Assembly (NCBI GenBank): GCA_964503145.1 | Contig: CAZCYV010000015.1 | Coordinates: 20,378-84,377, forward strand | Source: an uncultured Anaerolinea sp. | GTDB lineage: Bacteria > Chloroflexota > Anaerolineae > Anaerolineales > UBA4823 | DNA: 64,000 bases | Reading direction: 5' to 3' | Shown: positions 58,897-64,000 of the stretch, piece after piece | Position numbering within the stretch: the first letter of the stretch is position 1 | Layout: every line of letters starts with the position of its first letter | Position numbers and translations under genes: made by a program | The notes under the pieces: generated by a model | Seen by the model: the letters and a program-made list of their open reading frames with translations, nothing else | Told to the model about the DNA's origin: nothing | The model's database searches: none

Positions 58897-60045
58897 CTAC
58901 CCTTTTCCCCAAATCTTTTCCCAGGGATCGTGCAGCAGGTTGCCCAACACGCGGGGATCGCCCTGCGTCGGGCGCACATCGCCGTCCGGTTCGACATAGA
59001 GCCAGGCGCGCCCGGCGCCCTCCATCTGGGCGTCGCTGGCCTCCAGCGCCACCGGGTGCAGCGCCGAATAGGGCACCGGCAGGTTCCACACCAGCTCCAT
59101 CTGCAGCAGGGCGGCGCGGTCGCGGGCGGAGGCCAGCGCCTCTGCCAGCGCCGGGTCGGAGGCGCTGAGCGAAATGCGCCGCACGCCCAGCCCTGCCAGG
59201 CGCTCCAGCAGGCCCGCCGCCGCAGAGTGATTCTCCGGCGTCACGGTCAGGTGCACCGCCACCGAAAGGTCTTCCACCATGGCGTTGCCCACCGCCTGCC
59301 AGGACTGCTCATTCTCCGGCTGAAGCACCAGCAGCAGGTGATCCAGCCCGGCTTGCAGCAGGCGGCCGAGGTAAAGTTCGTCCGCCAGGCGCAGGCCGTT
59401 GGTGAGCAGGCCGGTCACCTGTCCCAGGCGCTCGGCGTGAGCGATCAGCTCAGGCAGGTCGTCGCGTAGGGTAGGCTCACCGCCGGTGAAGATGATGTGG
59501 GGCACCCCAGCCGCCCAGGCCTTATCCAGGATCGTCTGCCACTCTGTGGCGTTCAGCTCGCGGGCGACGCGCTCGATGGGGGCCGAATCGGGTGCTTCGT
59601 CATCGGGCAGGCGGTAGGTCAGGGCACAGTCCAGGCGGTAGGGCGCCGAGATTTCGCCGGAAAAGGGCTTTTGGCGCTCGAAATCCAGATAGGTCACCGG
59701 ATCCAGGTCGGGAGTGTTGATCAGGATCTGAATGCGCTCGGCCAGGTCGAGGTAATCCTGGCGGGCCTGCGCCGGGTCAACCTGATAGCGCGCCGCCATC
59801 AGGCGGGCTGCCTCTTCGACCGGGGTGTTGTGGATGAAGTAGTAAGCGTATTCGGCGGCGGTCTGGTTCAGGTGTAGCACGGTGGCGGCGTTGACGATCA
59901 GCACGCCCCCGCCGTGCGCCTCCATGCGCAGGTGCAGGCGGTAGTTACGCGGGTCATCCGGCGGCGACTGATAGTGGTACAGCCCCGCAGGCAGGGGGCG
60001 AATGGGGGTGAACAGGCGACGGAAGGGTTTGAGCAGAGCGGTCAT
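58897..60045 (-). CDS. Degenerate radical-SAM paralog (pseudo-rSAM) with N-terminal PqqD/RRE-like domain
   Basis: ATG at 60045 overlaps the upstream stop as ATGA. It is colinear with the 60042..61406 product (PYRLD.ALTYR, PHI.FTGGEPTLR.DLPELIA.AE, LLTNG). The CX3CX2C position reads LPDDEAPD (59587..59610). The protein ends (...LLHDPWEKIWGKG) before the SPASM Cys block. Confidence 0.75.
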   Translation of the reverse strand: MTALLKPFRRLFTPIRPLPAGLYHYQSPPDDPRNYRLHLRMEAHGGGVLIVNAATVLHLNQTAAEYAYYFIHNTPVEEAARLMAARYQVDPAQARQDYLDLAERIQILINTPDLDPVTYLDFERQKPFSGEISAPYRLDCALTYRLPDDEAPDSAPIERVARELNATEWQTILDKAWAAGVPHIIFTGGEPTLRDDLPELIAHAERLGQVTGLLTNGLRLADELYLGRLLQAGLDHLLLVLQPENEQSWQAVGNAMVEDLSVAVHLTVTPENHSAAAGLLERLAGLGVRRISLSASDPALAEALASARDRAALLQMELVWNLPVPYSALHPVALEASDAQMEGAGRAWLYVEPDGDVRPTQGDPRVLGNLLHDPWEKIWGKG

Positions 60046-61406
60046 ACGGGCCTCGGTTTGCGGTTTGCCTGATGATAGAGGGGGCATCCGCCGCCGCATT
60101 CGGCAAGCAGGGCGCAGGCATGGCATTTGTCCATCACCATCTGACGCTCGCGCAGGCGGATGGCAAGCTCGTGGTTCCAGATCGACTCCCAGGGGTCGGT
60201 CAACAAGTTGCCCAGGGGCTGGTAATAGGACTGGCAGGGCAGCACAGCGCCATCCGGCTCGACGCACATGTTGTATAGCGCCGCGGTGCAGCCCTTGACG
60301 CCCAATTCGAGCGCCATGGGGTCGAAGTTGCAATATTGGGTGGGGGTGTACCAGATCAGGCGCTGATGGTAGGCGTCGGTGGAGGCGCGCGCCAGCTCCA
60401 GCAGTGGGGCCAGCTCCGCCTCGTCCAGGCCGCTATCTACCGTGGCGCCCCTGCCGGAGTAGATCAGCGCGTTCAGGCCGAGCGTAGGCACGCCCAGCTT
60501 GCCCAGGAAATCCAGCGTCTCGGCCAGGGTGGGGGCGTTCCAGCGCAGCATGGTGGTGTTGGTCATCACGTACAGCGGGCTGTCCAGGGCGTTCTTGACG
60601 CCGGCGACGGTTTGCGCCCAGGCGCCGCGCGCGCCCACCATCTGGTCGTGAATTGCCGGATCGTGCGATTCGAGAGTAATCTGCACGTGATCCAGGCCAG
60701 AACGCACCAGCAGGCGCAGGTAATCGGGGTCCTTCAAGCGGCGGCCGTTGGTGTTCAGGCCGGTGATCTGACCTTTGGCTTCGGCATAGGCGATCAATTC
60801 GGGCAGGTCGGCGCGCAGGGTAGGCTCGCCGCCGGTAAAGACGATATGGGGGATGCCGATTTCCCAGGCGCGGTCGATGATCGCCTTCCAGCGGGCGGTG
60901 TCCAGTTCGGCGAAATCGCGCGGGCGGGCGTTGTAGCAGTGGGCGCAGTCGTTGTTGCAGCGGTAGGTGAGCGCCAGGTCGAGGCGGTAAGGGGCGGAGG
61001 GGCGGGCGGAGAAGGGGGCAATAACCTCCAGGTCCAGGTCGTGCAGGGCGCAGGCGCCGTCTGGACGGGCGAGTTCGGCAATCTGCGTCTGGATTTGCGC
61101 ATAGTCATTGAGCACCTGCTGGCGGGAGACGCGGTAACGACGGCGGATGACCTGCGCCGCCTGAGCTGCGGGGGTCTCGTCCAGCGCCAGGCGGGCCATC
61201 AGCGCCGCGGTGGGATTCAGGTGCATCACCCGGCTGGCGTTGACCAATAACTGCCCGCTGCCATCAGCGTCGATGCGCAGGTGCAGGCGGGCGCGCTCTC
61301 CCGGCGCCTGGCGCTCATAGTGGTGAAGCTGGTGGAAAGCGGGGCGTTCCGCCTCTTCGGGGGCTTTCAGCCATCTGGCGCTCAGCTTCTGCAGGAAGTT
61401 GGTCAT
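60042..61406 (-). CDS. Radical SAM/SPASM enzyme with N-terminal PqqD/RRE-like peptide-recognition domain
   Basis: CNNDCAHC (60936..60959) = CX3CX2C. FTGGEPTL. The C-terminus has ...C..PDGAVLPC... and CHACALLAECGGGC (60084..60125) = CX2CX5CX3C. Residues ~38-112 (LHLRIDADGSGQLLVNASRVMHLNPTAALMARLALDETPAAQAAQVIRRRYRVSRQQVLNDYAQIQTQIAEL) look like PqqD. Confidence 0.88.
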   Translation of the reverse strand: MTNFLQKLSARWLKAPEEAERPAFHQLHHYERQAPGERARLHLRIDADGSGQLLVNASRVMHLNPTAALMARLALDETPAAQAAQVIRRRYRVSRQQVLNDYAQIQTQIAELARPDGACALHDLDLEVIAPFSARPSAPYRLDLALTYRCNNDCAHCYNARPRDFAELDTARWKAIIDRAWEIGIPHIVFTGGEPTLRADLPELIAYAEAKGQITGLNTNGRRLKDPDYLRLLVRSGLDHVQITLESHDPAIHDQMVGARGAWAQTVAGVKNALDSPLYVMTNTTMLRWNAPTLAETLDFLGKLGVPTLGLNALIYSGRGATVDSGLDEAELAPLLELARASTDAYHQRLIWYTPTQYCNFDPMALELGVKGCTAALYNMCVEPDGAVLPCQSYYQPLGNLLTDPWESIWNHELAIRLRERQMVMDKCHACALLAECGGGCPLYHQANRKPRPV

Positions 61407-61460
61407 CTTGACCTCCCTAACCGGCGCAATGCAAAGCGCATCGCGCCTGACGCAAATCGC

Positions 61461-63131
61461 TCAACGTCCACCTCCGGCGCAGGCGCAGGCGCAGCCCGCA
61501 CAGGCGCAGGCACAGGCGCAACCGCCCCCGCTGCGGCCGCCGCCAGAGCGGCTGGGCGGCGGGAGGGGGTTGGTGCGGTTGGTGATTGAGCTGGTGAACT
61601 CGCTCAGGTTGCCCACCACGCTGCTGGAGAAGTTCTGCACTCCGCCCACCACCGAAGCGGCGAAGGCCGAGCCGGGCAGGGAGGGCAGGGAGAAGCTCCC
61701 ACCGCCGGCGCTGGGGCCGCTGGTCGAGGGGGCGCTGATGGTGGAAGGCCGCGGCCCAGCCGAGGGCCGGAAGGTCGGGTCGTAGCGCCCCCACCAGGTG
61801 GGGACGAAGACCGGGCCGGTAAACACCCGCCGTGTGCGCTCGTCGTAATCCTTGTCCAGCATGGTCCATTCCATGTACTTGTCGAAGGTTTCGCTCTTGA
61901 CCTCGGGGGTTTGGGCGGCCTCGACTTGCGCCCAGGCGCGCTCCATGATGTCTTTGTAATAGGCGATGGTCTCTTTGCGGCTGAAGCCTTTCATCTTGGC
62001 CGAAAGGCTCTTGACCAGGTCCACCATCATCTCCTGCAGTTCCTTCTTGCGCCCGGCGCCTTTGGCCTTGAAGGCGTTCAGGAACGCCTTCTCGTAATCA
62101 TACAGTCCCTCGGGCAGCGGGCTGGCGACTTCGATTTCGAGGGGATCTTGCTTGACCACCCGCGCGGCGCCTTTCTTGATCACCCCGAACAAGATCATGG
62201 TGAGCACTTTATCCAGCGGCTGTTCCATCAGCACCGCCGCCTCCACCGCGGTCAGGCCGCGCTTGATGCCCAGGCCTTCGATGGCGATCTTGGGCGGCAG
62301 GTATTGCAGCTTGCGGCGGTTGTTGGAGTAGATGGAAAGAGCGCTGCTGCCGCCGATCAGACCGATCACCCCGAAGCAGCACAGGAAGCCGAACAGGTCA
62401 TCCGGATCGATGCCGGTGGTTTCGGCAAAGCTGGGCGCGACGACTGTGCCTGCAGGCACATATTGGGCGGGGAAGGAGGCGCCGAATTCGTACTGGCGGT
62501 AGCCTTCGGCCTGGGGATTGTTCCAGGTGTAGGTGATGCGTCCCTCGCCGTCCAGGCCGGTCATCGGCTCGGCCGGGAAACCGGGCGGCGCGCTGTGCCA
62601 GCGCGGCTCTTCGGGCTTGACCCCTGGCGGCAGATGGAAGGTGACGGTCATGTTGGTCGTGCCTTGCATGAACTGCTTGCCGAACCAGGTGGGCGAGAAG
62701 ACGAAGCTGGCGTAGTTGGGATCTTTGGAGTCGGTGCGCAGCCAGGAGCCGGCGTTGGGCACGAAGACGAACACTCGGCCAGTCTGGCCGGGGCGGATGG
62801 CCTGCGCGCCCATGACGATGGCAAAGCCGCTGCCCGAGCCCTGATATTCGGAGCGCGAGACGGGGACTTTGACCCCGTTCGCCTCTGCGATGATGCCGCT
62901 GGTCTGGAAGCTGCTGTTGGGCATGCCGACGTCGATGTAGTCGATCGGCGAGGCGCCCGGGGCGTTGGTGAAGACGAAGTTGTACAGGATCGAGGCGCTG
63001 CCGTCTTCGTTGACGAAGACATCTACCCGCAGTTCATCCAGCGAGAAGAGGTAGTTCTGCGCCAGGGCGCTGACCGGGATCAGCGCCAGGAGCAGGATGA
63101 GCACCCCACAGGCCCAACGTGCGCGTTTCAT
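61461..63131 (-). CDS. DUF2207-like membrane protein ending in a (Cys-Ala)n tail
   Basis: ATG at 63131 (GGAGG 5 nt upstream). Signal peptide MKRARWACGVLILLLALIPVSALA. DUF2207-like ectodomain (YLFSLDELRVDVFVNEDGSASILYNFVFTN). One TM segment (FGFLCCFGVIGLIGGSSALSIY) followed by NNRRK. GLTAVEAAVLM motif. Gly/Ser/Pro-rich C-terminal region ending GGGCACACACAGCACACAGGGR. Confidence 0.8.
   Translation of the reverse strand: MKRARWACGVLILLLALIPVSALAQNYLFSLDELRVDVFVNEDGSASILYNFVFTNAPGASPIDYIDVGMPNSSFQTSGIIAEANGVKVPVSRSEYQGSGSGFAIVMGAQAIRPGQTGRVFVFVPNAGSWLRTDSKDPNYASFVFSPTWFGKQFMQGTTNMTVTFHLPPGVKPEEPRWHSAPPGFPAEPMTGLDGEGRITYTWNNPQAEGYRQYEFGASFPAQYVPAGTVVAPSFAETTGIDPDDLFGFLCCFGVIGLIGGSSALSIYSNNRRKLQYLPPKIAIEGLGIKRGLTAVEAAVLMEQPLDKVLTMILFGVIKKGAARVVKQDPLEIEVASPLPEGLYDYEKAFLNAFKAKGAGRKKELQEMMVDLVKSLSAKMKGFSRKETIAYYKDIMERAWAQVEAAQTPEVKSETFDKYMEWTMLDKDYDERTRRVFTGPVFVPTWWGRYDPTFRPSAGPRPSTISAPSTSGPSAGGGSFSLPSLPGSAFAASVVGGVQNFSSSVVGNLSEFTSSITNRTNPLPPPSRSGGGRSGGGCACACACAGCACACAGGGR
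61476..61520 (-). repeat. Imperfect (TGY-GCC)n hexanucleotide repeat encoding CACACACAGCACACA
   Basis: Read codon by codon on the minus strand: TGC GCC TGT GCC TGC GCC TGT GCG GGC TGC GCC TGC GCC TGC GCC. Confidence 0.95.
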
Positions 63132-63198
63132 TTTTGCCTCCATCTTTTTTGTTTTGAGCGGCGAATGACCCGATGAAGCTCGGTTTAAAACCACCGTT

Positions 63199-63552
63199 TT
63201 ACCATTTGGGCTCTTCTTTGAGCTGATAGCTGGTGTGACAGTAAGGGCAGGTGACCACCGGCGCGCCGGCGACCATTTGGACGTTTTCGGGCTTGAGCAC
63301 CCCACCGCAGGATTCGCATTTGAAGGTGTCCATGCTTACATTCGATGGCAAATCGACCTTGACAGTGACGTTGGTGACGCCGGCGGCAGGCTTTTGCCGG
63401 CCGGCCAGCCAGATCAGCCCCAGCCCGATGCCCGCGCTGATCACCCCGACGATGATCCAACCGTCGGGCGCGCTGGGATCGAACGCGCCCCAGATGAACA
63501 GCACGCCGAAAAAGATCAGGATGGCGGCGATAATGTAAAGGATAATTTTCAT
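63199..63552 (-). CDS. Small membrane protein (2 TM) with C-terminal CxxC...CxxC zinc-ribbon
   Basis: MKIILYIIAAILIFFGVLFIWG and WIIVGVISAGIGLGLIWLAG helices. KCESCGG...TCPYCHTSY. Confidence 0.65.
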   Translation of the reverse strand: MKIILYIIAAILIFFGVLFIWGAFDPSAPDGWIIVGVISAGIGLGLIWLAGRQKPAAGVTNVTVKVDLPSNVSMDTFKCESCGGVLKPENVQMVAGAPVVTCPYCHTSYQLKEEPKW

Positions 63553-63849
63553 CGGTTCCTCTCTCTCAGCAACTCACCCTGGCCCAGGCTGCCAGACCTC
63601 GATCATTACACACGGTGCTGCAATTGGATTTAGTTTAATCGCAATTTGGGCGCAGTTCAACTGATTTTCATCCTGATTTTGTCATGTATCCGACCCCACT
63701 CATTCGAAGCGTGAGATCATGCCGGCGCCCGCCGTTCCCATTGGGGGCGGCCCGTATGAATCTCTATACGTTTTATAGTCTTGCGGGTTGCGAGAGTGGT
63801 AAAATCAAGGCGAACATTTCAAACGAATTCAAAATATGGAGGGCCGAAC

Positions 63850-64000
63850 ATGAAGGGCAACGAAAAGGTCATTGCGTTGTTGAACGATCTGCTAGCGGAC
63901 GAGCTTACGGCAATCAATCAGTATATTGTCCACTCGGAGATGTGCCACGATTGGGGTTACGACAAGCTGCACGAAGCCGACGAGAAGCGGGCAATCACCG
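63850..64000 (+). CDS. bfr: Bacterioferritin (5' part, runs off the window)
   Basis: The ATG at 63850 follows GGAGGG. MKGNEKVIALLNDLLADELTAINQYIVHSEMCHDWGY is colinear with Bfr (MKGDxKVIxxLNxxLxxELxAINQY). Confidence 0.85.
   Translation, partial: MKGNEKVIALLNDLLADELTAINQYIVHSEMCHDWGYDKLHEADEKRAIT

Overview
High-GC bacterial chromosomal segment. It is densely coded, with many stop-free antisense shadow ORFs. By eye it looks Chloroflexota-like, which is a low-confidence inference from several traits: multiple membrane Ser/Thr kinases with Thr/Pro-rich linkers, a T-box leader, and a Gram-positive-type LexA box. I support about 55 protein genes, two tRNA-Ala genes with textbook sigma-70-like promoters, one T-box riboswitch and one LexA operator. 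I saw no rRNA, CRISPR array, transposase, integrase or prophage. Housekeeping anchors are tpiA, uvrA, gmd, tag, ilvE, leuS and a partial bfr.

The most interesting locus is 58138..63552 on the minus strand. A DUF2207-like membrane protein there ends in a tail reading GGGCACACACAGCACACAGGGR. Its stop lies 54 nt upstream of a radical SAM/SPASM enzyme carrying an N-terminal PqqD/RRE-like domain. Next come a translationally coupled paralog that has lost all cluster-binding cysteines, and then a SAM methyltransferase. I read this as a candidate, apparently undescribed, maturation system acting on a protein C-terminal tail.

Four other loci stand out:
- An acyl-ACP-reductase-like / SDR / PlsC-type acyltransferase / SCP2 / patatin lipid cluster, preceded by PhaR and a phasin but with no PHA synthase (16804..24836).
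- An ABC-2 exporter operon carrying a 994-aa protein with two atypical kinase-like domains (31093..38654).
- A Ser/Thr kinase fused to an extracellular family-5 solute-binding domain (41577..44723).
- A LexA-boxed promoter driving an alkyltransferase-like (Cys->Trp) plus tag operon (39403..39843).
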